Positions 1 to 8,528 of a DNA stretch of 40,710 nt are shown here, piece after piece (positions within the stretch are counted from its first letter, which is position 1; each line of letters begins with the position of its first letter). The DNA is taken from UHGV virus genome UHGV-0247404; one strand, 5' to 3'. The notes beneath the pieces were generated by a model. That model saw only the letters and a list, made by a program, of their open reading frames with translations. It had not been told where the DNA came from and searched no databases. Source of the stretch: a virus. The position numbers and the translations under genes are program-made.

Positions 1-251
1 GTTTCTTCTATAGAAGAAACAGGTTTAATATTTTTTTCAATCCCAAGCATATAGTCTGTAGATATATTAAATATTTCAGCAAGTAATTTAAGTTCTTTTC
101 CTCTAGGGAGACTATCACCACTTTCCCATTTTGAGACAGTTGTGTAATTTTTATATCCTAACATCTCAGCCAGTTCAGTTTGAGTTAGATTTTTTGTTTC
201 ACGTAAGCTTTTCAGTCTTTGAGCAAAGATAGTACCATGTGTGTCTTTCAT
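1..251 (-). CDS. cI-like HTH (XRE-family) phage repressor, N-terminal part; gene wraps across the window junction and continues at 40710 downwards
   Basis: Minus-strand ATG at 251-249 with SD (gtgaggtga) upstream. Translation MKDTHGTIFAQRLKSLRETKNLTQTELAEMLGYKNYTTVSKWESG... contains a helix-turn-helix. The frame continues through position 1 into the identical 20 bp at the window end. Confidence 0.75.
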   Translation of the reverse strand, partial: MKDTHGTIFAQRLKSLRETKNLTQTELAEMLGYKNYTTVSKWESGDSLPRGKELKLLAEIFNISTDYMLGIEKNIKPVSSIEE

Positions 252-277
252 TAAGTTCACCTCACTTTCATGATTAC

Positions 278-306
278 AGTATATCCTTAGTATGAATTAA
301 AATCAA
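278..306 (-). promoter_or_regulatory. Leftward (repressor) promoter: -35 TTGATT (301-306, minus), 17-bp spacer, -10 TATACT (278-283, minus)
   Basis: Read on the minus strand: TTGATTttaattcatactaaggaTATACT, followed by SD and repressor ATG. Operator half/imperfect site lies in the spacer. Confidence 0.5.
292..306. promoter_or_regulatory. Imperfect operator copy (atgaattaaaatcaa, 12/15 match to the palindrome)
   Basis: Matches ATGAATTTAATTCAT at 12 of 15 positions; overlaps the -35/spacer of the leftward promoter. Confidence 0.4.
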
Positions 307-365
307 CATATAATATATAGAAAACACCATAAAATAAAAAAATATGAAAATAATTCATAAAATGT

Positions 366-394
366 TTGACTATGAATTTAATTCATGTTAGGAT
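366..394 (+). promoter_or_regulatory. Rightward early promoter (PR-like): -35 TTGACT 366-371, -10 TAGGAT 389-394
   Basis: 17-bp spacer is exactly the operator palindrome; followed by SD aaggagg and cro-like ATG at 424. Confidence 0.5.
372..386. promoter_or_regulatory. Operator: perfect 15-bp palindrome ATGAATTTAATTCAT
   Basis: Exact palindrome in the PR spacer; identical copy at 641-655. Confidence 0.6.
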
Positions 395-423
395 GTTTTT
401 GTAAACAAAAGGAGGTGAGAAAA

Positions 424-624
424 ATGGTTAATATTGCTGAATTAAGAATGAGACATGGAAAGATGTCTCAAAAAGAACTTGCTAAGGAGTTAGGAACAGA
501 GCAAGCTAATATTAGTCGGTGGGAAAATAATCCATTGAGTATGAACTCTAAGAATCTCATCAAAGTAGCTTTATATTTCAATGTTTCTATTGATGATTTG
601 TTAGGGGTAGATAAATCAGCTTAA
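424..624 (+). CDS. Cro-like XRE-family HTH regulator
   Basis: SD aaggagg then ATG 424; MVNIAELRMRHGKMSQKELAKELGTEQANISRWENN has an HTH; divergent from repressor. Confidence 0.7.
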   Translation: MVNIAELRMRHGKMSQKELAKELGTEQANISRWENNPLSMNSKNLIKVALYFNVSIDDLLGVDKSA

Positions 625-640
625 TTTTTTTAAACATTAT

Positions 641-655
641 ATGAATTTAATTCAT
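641..655. promoter_or_regulatory. Second perfect copy of operator palindrome ATGAATTTAATTCAT, just downstream of cro-like gene
   Basis: Identical 15-mer; lies 17 nt after the cro stop and ahead of the next early ORF. Confidence 0.55.
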
Positions 656-676
656 ACAAGGGAGGATGTGTTCTAT

Positions 677-862
677 TTGTCAAAAGAAATAAAAGTGCGA
701 TCATTTTTAGCTGATGGTACAGAAATTTTTGTTAATCCAAAAACAGGAATGTACGATCCGCCAGTATCACCGCCTATTGAAAGTCAGAAGCGTGTGCTAG
801 ACATTATCAATAATAGACGAATTGCAGATGCAGAACGAGCGAATAACACGAAGGTTGTCTGA
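677..862 (+). CDS. hypothetical early protein (alt start ATG 641)
   Basis: ORF in track; SD agggagg 660-666 then TTG 677; ATG 641 lies inside the operator. Confidence 0.35.
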   Translation: MSKEIKVRSFLADGTEIFVNPKTGMYDPPVSPPIESQKRVLDIINNRRIADAERANNTKVV

Positions 863-864
863 TT

Positions 865-1053
865 ATGGGGTATAGCGAAAGACAACAAAAACAAATTCTA
901 AAGTGGATTCAAAATGATAGAAGGGCTATTCAAGAAGATCGTGAAGCCTTAAAAAAAGCTGACATGATGACCAGTAGGAAAATGGAGCAATTTCAAAGTG
1001 AATTAGAATTCTTAAGGGAAATGGAGTTAGAGAATAAGGGGCAACGTCTATGA
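865..1053 (+). CDS. hypothetical early protein
   Basis: ORF track; tightly packed after previous gene. Confidence 0.4.
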   Translation: MGYSERQQKQILKWIQNDRRAIQEDREALKKADMMTSRKMEQFQSELEFLREMELENKGQRL

Positions 1054-1190
1054 GAGCTTTAACGATAATAACCACGACAGTATTTAGTCTAATAGCATTA
1101 GTTGATGTATTTACTGGTCATTTTATTCAAGCCGGAATGTTTGGTGTCATAGCATTGTTTGCCAGCGTTGCTTATAGGAGGCGGTTGTGA
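1050..1190 (+). CDS. small hydrophobic protein (46 aa, single TM)
   Basis: ATG 1050 overlaps upstream stop (ATGA); MRALTIITTTVFSLIALVDVFTGHFIQAGMFGVIALFASVAYRRRL; below ORF-track threshold. Confidence 0.3.
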   Translation: MRALTIITTTVFSLIALVDVFTGHFIQAGMFGVIALFASVAYRRRL

Positions 1191-1393
1191 TGAAAGAGTT
1201 GTATAAATCACGCTTACTAGGCGCTTTCATAGGGTTAGCTATAGTTGGGGCAATATTAGCACTAAGTACTCCTGTTGGGTGGTTAGTGGCTATAGGTGGT
1301 AGCGCAAGTCTTACATGGTTTGCAAATGATACAGAAGTCCAGTGGGATTTATATGAAAAAACGATTGAAAGGAAAGAAAAAGATGTTGAATGA
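1190..1393 (+). CDS. small membrane protein (two TM segments)
   Basis: ATG 1190 overlaps previous stop; LLGAFIGLAIVGAILAL...WLVAIGGSASL hydrophobic. Confidence 0.4.
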   Translation: MKELYKSRLLGAFIGLAIVGAILALSTPVGWLVAIGGSASLTWFANDTEVQWDLYEKTIERKEKDVE

Positions 1394-1577
1394 AAATGAG
1401 GCTTTCTTAGTGCGTGAAACCGTCCGAGAAAAGGTTGAATCATTGCAAGACACAGTACGCCATGAAAGTGCTAAACACCCAATGAAACAAGATATCCATA
1501 TGTTAAAACATTTTCAAAAAGAATTGGATTGTTATGAAATAATCTATCAAAAAATGTTAAATGAAGTGGGATGTTAA
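1383..1577 (+). CDS. hypothetical protein
   Basis: ATG 1383 (MLNENEAF...) with AG-rich SD; the upstream part of track ORF 1296..1577 overlaps the prior gene. Confidence 0.3.
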   Translation: MLNENEAFLVRETVREKVESLQDTVRHESAKHPMKQDIHMLKHFQKELDCYEIIYQKMLNEVGC

Positions 1578-1682
1578 ACGATGAATGAAATCGAAAAAAG
1601 AGCCTACCTCGTTTGCAGACGAAGTCAGGCACTAAACAAAATATATGTAACTAAATAATAACACGGAAAGTAGGGATTTAAA

Positions 1683-2390
1683 ATGAAAAAATATTATCAC
1701 GTAAAAACGATAGAGGCATACGATAGCTTAATGGCGTTTTTGGAAGTCCAAGGGTATAACTGGGTTTCTGGTAGTAAACTAACGGCATTTAATTCATGGA
1801 AAGTCTATAAAGAAAACACAGTAATTTGTGCTGTTAAAGAATCTAAATGCTTAACGTATGGAAATTTTGAAACACGTACACAAGATGGGATTACTTATTT
1901 AATTGAGTGGACAGGTGAACCAGAGGATTTAATTGAGGTTTCTAGAGAGTTTGACGAGTGGGTTCAGAAAGCTAAAACTGCTTGTAGCGATTATAGAGAT
2001 TATAGAGATGACCGTTGGAAAGAATGGTGTGTATGGCAAATTAACAAGATGGGGTGGAGTCATTGGTTAGAAGAGCCTATTACGCACAAACGAATACAAG
2101 ATGAACGCGGGATTCATCCTATATGGACAACAGAGGTAATCAGAAACAAAGAACTATACACACGAGCTATTTTAGACGGTTACACAGTCAAAAAAGAAAA
2201 GCTTTATGAAATCCCGTTACCTTATTTAGAAACAAGTGATGGTGAGGCACAGTATCTAAGCTTTAAAGATAAAAAATGGTTTGCTAGTAGAAAAAATACT
2301 TGGTTAAAACAACAATTTACTGAATTAGAGTTAGAAAATATGGTGTCGAAATTTTATCGTAAACTAGCTGTGGAAGTTGGTGTAGTCTAA
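1683..2390 (+). CDS. hypothetical phage early protein
   Basis: 235-aa ORF, SD gtaggga; no recognisable motif. Confidence 0.5.
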   Translation: MKKYYHVKTIEAYDSLMAFLEVQGYNWVSGSKLTAFNSWKVYKENTVICAVKESKCLTYGNFETRTQDGITYLIEWTGEPEDLIEVSREFDEWVQKAKTACSDYRDYRDDRWKEWCVWQINKMGWSHWLEEPITHKRIQDERGIHPIWTTEVIRNKELYTRAILDGYTVKKEKLYEIPLPYLETSDGEAQYLSFKDKKWFASRKNTWLKQQFTELELENMVSKFYRKLAVEVGVV

Positions 2391-3697
2391 TGGCAGTAAA
2401 AATAAATAAATTAGAAATAGAAAATGTTAAACGTGTTAAAGCCGTTCAAATTGAGCCAACACAAAACGGGTTAACAATTGTCGGGGGAAATAATAACCAA
2501 GGTAAGACAAGTGTATTAGATGCCATCGCATGGGCTTTAGGAGGAAATAAGTATAAACCATCTAAGGCATATAGAGAGGGTTCAGTAAATCCTCCTAATC
2601 TTAGAATTACCATGAACAATGGGTTAGTCGTTGAACGAACTGGTAAAAATAGCACATTGAAAGTGATTGATCCAAGTGGTCAAAAAGGCGGACAACAATT
2701 GCTCAATAGCTTTGTAGAAGAATTAGCCATTGATTTACCTAAATTCATGGAATCAACAAGCAAAGAAAAAGCGGCAACTTTATTACAGATTATTGGTATT
2801 GGTGATCAATTAATGTTGCTAGATCGAAAAGAACAAGAAATATATAACGAACGCTATCAAGTTGGTCGTATTGCAGATCAAAAGAAAAAGTTCGCTGAAG
2901 AACAAATTCATTATGCTGATGCACCAAAGGAATTAATATCAACTTTTGATTTAATTCAACAACAGCAATCTGTGCTAGCTAAGAATGGCGAGAATCAAAA
3001 AAAGAGAGAAAATGTTCAACGCTTACAAACACAGTTTGATTATGAAACCCAGGAAGTTGAAAGAGTGCGTCAACAGTTAGCGCAAATGGAAGAAAAGCTA
3101 AAGATCACAGAAAGTGATTTAGCAACAGCGAAAATGTCCGCTCAAGATTTACAAGATCAATCAACTACTGAATTAGAACAAAATATTCAAAATATTGACG
3201 AAATCAATCGTAAAGTTCGAGCAAATCTTGATAAAGAAAAAGCTGAACAGGAAGCTGAAGACTATTTAAATCAGTACAAAGAACTATCTGATGCAATTGA
3301 TCTTATTCGTGAAGAGCGTATGAAGTTATTAGAAAATGCTGACCTGCCACTACCTGAATTATCAGTAAAAGAAGGTGAGTTGGTTTATAAAGGACAGCAG
3401 TGGGACAACATGAGTGGTTCAGATCAATTAAAAGTATCAACTGCAATCGTACGCAAACTAAAACCTCAATGTGGCTTTGTTTTGTTAGATAAATTGGAAC
3501 AGATGGATATGATTACACTTAATGAATTTAGTCAGTGGCTGCAGCAAGAAGGATTACAAGCCATTGCTACCAGAGTGTCTACTGGGGAAGAATGTAGCAT
3601 CATTATTGAAGATGGATATGTAACTGAAAATAAATTAGTTGAGGGCGGAACCCCACCTCAACAAGTACAACCAACATGGACGAAAGGAGCATTCTAA
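2390..3697 (+). CDS. AAA-family ATPase with central coiled coil (SbcC/RecF-like phage recombination ATPase)
   Basis: Walker A GGNNNQGKTS near N-term, long coiled coil, C-terminal Walker-B-like FVLLDKLEQMD; Q/P-rich tail ending -KGAF. Confidence 0.65.
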   Translation: MAVKINKLEIENVKRVKAVQIEPTQNGLTIVGGNNNQGKTSVLDAIAWALGGNKYKPSKAYREGSVNPPNLRITMNNGLVVERTGKNSTLKVIDPSGQKGGQQLLNSFVEELAIDLPKFMESTSKEKAATLLQIIGIGDQLMLLDRKEQEIYNERYQVGRIADQKKKFAEEQIHYADAPKELISTFDLIQQQQSVLAKNGENQKKRENVQRLQTQFDYETQEVERVRQQLAQMEEKLKITESDLATAKMSAQDLQDQSTTELEQNIQNIDEINRKVRANLDKEKAEQEAEDYLNQYKELSDAIDLIREERMKLLENADLPLPELSVKEGELVYKGQQWDNMSGSDQLKVSTAIVRKLKPQCGFVLLDKLEQMDMITLNEFSQWLQQEGLQAIATRVSTGEECSIIIEDGYVTENKLVEGGTPPQQVQPTWTKGAF

Positions 3698-3700
3698 TTT

Positions 3701-4747
3701 ATGAACATTACACGTGGAGTAATTGCGAAAGCACAAAAATCAGTGATTTATGGACCCGAAGGAATTGGGAAATCCACTTTGGCAGCCGAGTTCCCAGATC
3801 CACTATTTATTGATACTGAAGGAAGTACTAATAATATGAACGTTGCCCGAATGGATAAACCAACTAGTTGGAGTATGTTGATGCAGCAGATTGAATTTGT
3901 TAAGCAAACAATGCCATGTAAAACATTAGTTATAGATACAGCAGACTGGGCAGAACGGTTGTGCATTGAGTTTATAACTAGCAGCGCAAATAAAACAAGT
4001 ATTACCCAATTTGGTTATGGAGAGGGCTTTATAAAATTAGAAGAAGAATTTGGGCGTTTCTTAAACAAGCTATCAGATTTAACGGAACTAGGAATTAACG
4101 TTGTTCTTACAGCTCATGCAAAAATTGTAAAGTTTGAACAGCCAGATGAAATGGGTGCTTATGACCGGTGGGAATTAAAATTAGGTAATAAGACGACAGC
4201 TAAAACAGCCTCAATAACTAAAGAATGGGGAGATATGGTTTTATTTTGTAATTACAAAACTTTATCTATTGCTGCGGATGATAAAGGAAGTAAGTTTAAA
4301 GGTCAAGGTGGAAAACGAGTTATTTATACGACACATCATCCAGCTTGGGATGCTAAGAATCGTTTTAGTTTACCCGATGAAATGGACATGAGCTTCGCTG
4401 GATTAGCACATATTTTTGCGCCCAAGAATCCTTTGCCAGTGCAACAACCAGTAATGGAACCGCAAGTACAAGAGAATCATCAAGAATTACAGTCAGAACC
4501 ACAAGTACAATCTATTAACGATTCATCGGTTGACTATACAGGTATTCCACAAAACTTAGTCGATTTAATGAAAGCTAACAACGTTTTACCAGAAGAAATT
4601 ATGGCAGCTACAGAGTCTAAAGGTTATTACCCAACAGGTACCCCAATTCAGAATTATGATCTTGGTTACATTGATGGCGTATTGGTTGCAGCTTGGCCAG
4701 ATGTGTTTGCGATGATTCAAGAAATTAGAAAACAAAAAGTAAACTAG
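3701..4747 (+). CDS. Sak4-like RecA-family ATPase (single-strand annealing/recombination)
   Basis: Walker A GPEGIGKST; Walker B VIDTAD; RecA-like core followed by Q/P-rich linker. Confidence 0.65.
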   Translation: MNITRGVIAKAQKSVIYGPEGIGKSTLAAEFPDPLFIDTEGSTNNMNVARMDKPTSWSMLMQQIEFVKQTMPCKTLVIDTADWAERLCIEFITSSANKTSITQFGYGEGFIKLEEEFGRFLNKLSDLTELGINVVLTAHAKIVKFEQPDEMGAYDRWELKLGNKTTAKTASITKEWGDMVLFCNYKTLSIAADDKGSKFKGQGGKRVIYTTHHPAWDAKNRFSLPDEMDMSFAGLAHIFAPKNPLPVQQPVMEPQVQENHQELQSEPQVQSINDSSVDYTGIPQNLVDLMKANNVLPEEIMAATESKGYYPTGTPIQNYDLGYIDGVLVAAWPDVFAMIQEIRKQKVN

Positions 4748-4756
4748 GAGGAAAAA

Positions 4757-5344
4757 ATGATGACACAACAATTTCAACAAGAACGTGAATTAGGATGGGA
4801 CGATACTATCCAACAAGATAATGATGGAGGCTTATTGTTAGAGCCAGGAGATTATATTTTTGAAGTAGTTAAATTCGAAAGATCTCGTTATACACCTAGA
4901 AGTGGGGATGCAAAACTTCCAGCTTGTAATATGGCTAAATTAGAATTGAAAATCCAAACAGCTCAAGGGACAGCCATCGTCTTCAATAATTTATATTTGC
5001 ACACTTCTACAGAAGGGTTATTGTCCGCTTTCTTTGCTTCAATTGGCCAAAAGAAAAAAGGAGAGCCATTACAAATGAATTGGACTTTAGTTCCTGGATC
5101 AAAAGGTGCAGTGAAAATTAAACATCGTTCATATAATAACAACACATACAACGATGTAGATCGTTTCTATCCAAGTGACGAAAGCTACTATCAAACAAAA
5201 GAAATGCCTGAGATTGTTAAACAGTTACAACAGCCAATTCAAGGAACTCAACCAGGAATGCCACAACAAAACAATTGGCAAGCACCACAGGCACCACATC
5301 CAGCTCAACAGCCAACTCAGGGATATCAACCAGGAGCATTTTAG
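4757..5344 (+). CDS. DUF669-like protein of the Sak4 replication/recombination module
   Basis: N-terminal region LLLEPGDYIFEVVKFERS...KLPACNMAKLELKIQ resembles DUF669. The Q/P-rich C-terminal tail ending -PGAF is seen in sequence, and this kind of protein typically sits next to a Sak4-like ATPase. Confidence 0.45.
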   Translation: MMTQQFQQERELGWDDTIQQDNDGGLLLEPGDYIFEVVKFERSRYTPRSGDAKLPACNMAKLELKIQTAQGTAIVFNNLYLHTSTEGLLSAFFASIGQKKKGEPLQMNWTLVPGSKGAVKIKHRSYNNNTYNDVDRFYPSDESYYQTKEMPEIVKQLQQPIQGTQPGMPQQNNWQAPQAPHPAQQPTQGYQPGAF

Positions 5345-5356
5345 GAGGAAAATACT

Positions 5357-5785
5357 ATGAGCAAAGAAATCGAATTAAATTTATCCAAATTAGCTAATGG
5401 AGCAATTCAAGAAAAATTAGATGGTGAATTAAAAAAGTTGTTTGAAAATATTCATGATCCGAATACTTCTCCAGTTGCTAAGCGAGCAATCACTATTAAG
5501 TTAGAATTTAAACCAGATGAAAATCGTCAAGTAGTTTCAATGACAAGTGATTTTAGTTTGAAATTAGCACCAGTTGATGGAGTGAATACAACGGTATTAA
5601 CAGGGAAAGATTTAAATACAGGACAGATTGAGGCACATGAGCTTCAATCTTCAGTCCCTGGTCAAACGTATATGGATCCAGAAACAGGGGAACCCAAAAC
5701 AGATATTGGTGAACTAATTGATGTAATTGAAAAAGAAGAAGCAAAGCAAAAACAAATCATAGACTTACAAGAGAAAAGAGGATAA
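5357..5785 (+). CDS. hypothetical protein
   Basis: ORF track with SD aggagga. Confidence 0.4.
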   Translation: MSKEIELNLSKLANGAIQEKLDGELKKLFENIHDPNTSPVAKRAITIKLEFKPDENRQVVSMTSDFSLKLAPVDGVNTTVLTGKDLNTGQIEAHELQSSVPGQTYMDPETGEPKTDIGELIDVIEKEEAKQKQIIDLQEKRG

Positions 5786-5789
5786 TTAA

Positions 5790-6539
5790 ATGACAATGAC
5801 TAAAGAAGCAATTCAATATTTAATGGAACAAGGAATCAAACCAGAAAATCGATTGATTAATTTCGATAACGACGAACGTTGGATTTTAGTAGATGCTGCA
5901 GGACAAGGAAAAGAAATTTTACCTCGTGTCTACACTGCAGAGGAACCGCTAAGAATTAATACACTAAGTGGATTAGTGAATTATATTAAAGCAAATTTAG
6001 AGAGAGAATCAAAAAAACTAATTGTGCATATTAAAAATGAAGCGACAGTTTCAGTAAAAGGTTTGCTTGAAGTAAATGGAGAACGTGAAACATTAGCTGT
6101 TGCTCAAGCGATTATCCCGACTTTCAATTTTGATTGTTTCATGGATACTGAAACCTTCAATATTGCTTTGCAGTCAAAATTTGTCAATAACAAGGACTGT
6201 GGCATTCTTTTAAAAGTTGTTGGCAATATTGCTGAAGAAAATGTAAAAACTACAGGAGATGACGGTGTTAGCCAAGCAGTCACTATTAACCAAGGTGTGG
6301 CTTCAAAAGCAGATGTTCGTGTTCCAAACCCTGTAGAACTTGCACCGTATCGAACATTTTTAGAAGTCGAACAACCTGAAAGTCAATTTATTTTCCGTAT
6401 GAAAGATGGCCCTCGTTGTGCAATCTTTGAAGCAGATGGTGGGGCATGGAGAAATCAAGCAATTACAAATATTCGAGAGTATCTAAAAAATGAACTATCT
6501 GAAGAAATTGATTCTAGTCGTATTACGATCATTGCATAG
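5790..6539 (+). CDS. hypothetical protein
   Basis: ORF track. Confidence 0.4.
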   Translation: MTMTKEAIQYLMEQGIKPENRLINFDNDERWILVDAAGQGKEILPRVYTAEEPLRINTLSGLVNYIKANLERESKKLIVHIKNEATVSVKGLLEVNGERETLAVAQAIIPTFNFDCFMDTETFNIALQSKFVNNKDCGILLKVVGNIAEENVKTTGDDGVSQAVTINQGVASKADVRVPNPVELAPYRTFLEVEQPESQFIFRMKDGPRCAIFEADGGAWRNQAITNIREYLKNELSEEIDSSRITIIA

Positions 6540-6542
6540 AAG

Positions 6543-8156
6543 GTGACGGTAATGAAGCTCAGACCATATCAAGAGGAAGCACGTTCTGCTGTTCAAAATG
6601 AATGGCAGAATAACAAAAAGAAAACATTATTAGTTTTGCCTACAGGCTGTGGTAAAACGATAGTATTTAGCAAAATAATTGAAGACCGCGTAAGGGCAGG
6701 CGAGCGTGTGCTCGTCCTTGCTCATCGTGGTGAATTATTAGATCAAGCCTCTGACAAATTAGAAAAGTCAACAGGGCTAAAAACAGCAACTGAAAAAGCA
6801 GAACAGACTAGTCTAGGCAGTTTTTTAAGAGTAGTTGTTGGTTCTGTGCAAACTATGCAACGAGAAAAACGTTTAAGTAAGTTTCCACCAGATTATTTTG
6901 ACACTATAGTAGTTGATGAAGCTCACCACTGTATCAGTGAAGGGTATCAACGAGTATTAAAACATTTTGATGAATCGAATGTGTTAGGCGTAACCGCAAC
7001 GCCAGATCGTGGAGACATGAGAAATTTAGGTTCTTATTTTGAAAGTTTAGCTTATGAATATTCGCTAGTACAAGCCATTAAAGAAGGGTATCTATCACCA
7101 ATAAAGGCCCTAACTATTCCTTTAAAATTAGATTTATCAGGTGTAAAACAGCAAACTGGCGATTTCTCTACTAAAGATTTAGGAACGGCATTAGATCCAT
7201 ACTTGGAACAAATTGCTGAAGAAATGGTTAAACACTGCATAAACAGGAAAACAGTTGTTTTTTTACCATTAGTTAAAACTTCCAAGAAATTTAGAGATAT
7301 TTTAAATAGTAAAGGTTTTAGAGCTGCAGAAGTAAATGGAGATTCAAAGGATCGTCAAGAAATTTTAGAAGATTTCGACAATGATAAATATAACGTACTC
7401 TGTAACTCGATGTTACTAACAGAAGGCTGGGATTGTCCTTCGGTGGATTGTGTAGTCGTTTTAAGACCAACAAAAGTTCGATCCTTATATTCTCAAATGA
7501 TAGGACGTGGCACACGTTTATTTCCTGGAAAGGAAGAATTATTGCTTTTAGATTTTTTATGGCATACAGAAAGACATGAGCTATGCCATCCAGCGCATTT
7601 GATAGCAAATAGTGATGAAGTAGCTAAAAAAATGACTGAAAACATTGAAGAAGCAGGTGCCCAAGGTTTCGCTATGGATATTGAAGAAGCTGAAGTTCAA
7701 GCAGAAAAAGATGTTATTGCAGAAAGAGAAGAAGCATTAGCAAAGCAGCTTGAAGAAATGCGTAAGCGTAAACGAAAATTAGTTGATCCTCTTCAATTTG
7801 AAATGTCTATCCAAGCGGAAGATTTAACTGGTTATGTTCCTAGTTTTGGATGGGAAATGGGGCCGCCTTCAAGTCAACAAGTTTCAGCATTAGAAAAATT
7901 AGGAATATTACCAGATGCAATTGATAACGCTGGTAAAGCTAGTCTAATACTTGATCGATTACAAAAAAGAAAAGAAGCTGGGTTAGCAACACCTAAGCAG
8001 ATCAGATTATTGGAACAACGTGGATTTAAGAATGTCGGTACATGGTCCTTTGATGGTGCAAGTAAAATGATTAATCGCATTGCTGCAAATGGATGGAGAT
8101 TACCAAATGGTATTAATCCAAAAACATATCAAGAAGGTGGTACGCATGCCGTTTAA
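6543..8156 (+). CDS. SF2 DEAD/DEAH-box DNA helicase
   Basis: Motif I LVLPTGCGKT, motif II VVDEAHH, motif VI QMIGRGTR. Confidence 0.85.
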   Translation: MTVMKLRPYQEEARSAVQNEWQNNKKKTLLVLPTGCGKTIVFSKIIEDRVRAGERVLVLAHRGELLDQASDKLEKSTGLKTATEKAEQTSLGSFLRVVVGSVQTMQREKRLSKFPPDYFDTIVVDEAHHCISEGYQRVLKHFDESNVLGVTATPDRGDMRNLGSYFESLAYEYSLVQAIKEGYLSPIKALTIPLKLDLSGVKQQTGDFSTKDLGTALDPYLEQIAEEMVKHCINRKTVVFLPLVKTSKKFRDILNSKGFRAAEVNGDSKDRQEILEDFDNDKYNVLCNSMLLTEGWDCPSVDCVVVLRPTKVRSLYSQMIGRGTRLFPGKEELLLLDFLWHTERHELCHPAHLIANSDEVAKKMTENIEEAGAQGFAMDIEEAEVQAEKDVIAEREEALAKQLEEMRKRKRKLVDPLQFEMSIQAEDLTGYVPSFGWEMGPPSSQQVSALEKLGILPDAIDNAGKASLILDRLQKRKEAGLATPKQIRLLEQRGFKNVGTWSFDGASKMINRIAANGWRLPNGINPKTYQEGGTHAV

Positions 8157-8472
8157 AAACAAACAAATTGAACGGTTAGTTTATATAGTAGAAAACATTC
8201 CTGATTGGGAAAATAATCCTACACTTGTTGAAGAGGTAAAAAAGCTACGCAAGCTTTCACAAGAAGGCATTCATAAGTCGAAGACCAGAATAAGAAACAG
8301 AGCGATGGCAAGATATCGTTTATATGAAAATGGTAGTTATGTTACTACCCAGTCGATTAATATGCTATCGGAATACACTGGTCTTTCAGAAATATCATTA
8401 TATCAAATGCTGGATATTGAAAGAGTAAACCGTGATGGTGTGCGTAGAAAAATTGAAAGATTGAAAAATTAA
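8146..8472 (+). CDS. hypothetical protein (start ATG 8146 overlapping helicase stop)
   Basis: MPFKNKQIERLVYIVENIP...; the upstream extension in the ORF track lies inside the helicase gene. Confidence 0.4.
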   Translation: MPFKNKQIERLVYIVENIPDWENNPTLVEEVKKLRKLSQEGIHKSKTRIRNRAMARYRLYENGSYVTTQSINMLSEYTGLSEISLYQMLDIERVNRDGVRRKIERLKN

Positions 8473-8528
8473 TCAGGAAGGAGTGGAGGTTTGGTCGACC
8501 ACAAAGAATTCTTTACTCCTTTGAAATT

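Noticed and set aside
1-20. Terminal 20-bp direct repeat as attL/attR or phage terminal redundancy
   Set aside because: The repressor reading frame is continuous through it, the integrase is a serine recombinase (2-bp crossover, no long DRs), and the sequence is an exact end-overlap typical of circular contig output.
1147-1443. 98-aa minus-strand ORF
   Set aside because: Lies entirely antisense to two tightly packed plus-strand early ORFs; no SD; skewed low-complexity composition. Likely spurious.
2446-2655. 69-aa antisense ORF and similar short minus ORFs (3748..3966, 4586..4780, 4963..5151, 5553..5744, 7052..7608, 7874..8080, 9057..9260, 9799..9987, 12410..12601, 16732..16923, 22268..22453, 22580..22912, 23925..24496, 25023..25274, 25656..28421 series, 29391..29775, 30181..30411, 33767..34182, 35202..35453, 35894..36088, 36290..36490, 37478..37912, 38091..38921)
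   Set aside because: All are nested antisense or out-of-frame within well-supported genes and lack ribosome-binding sites.
8481-8518. Possible terminator after ORF 8146..8472
   Set aside because: Inverted repeat arms are 24 nt apart with a loop-less central palindrome and no T-run; not a convincing intrinsic terminator.
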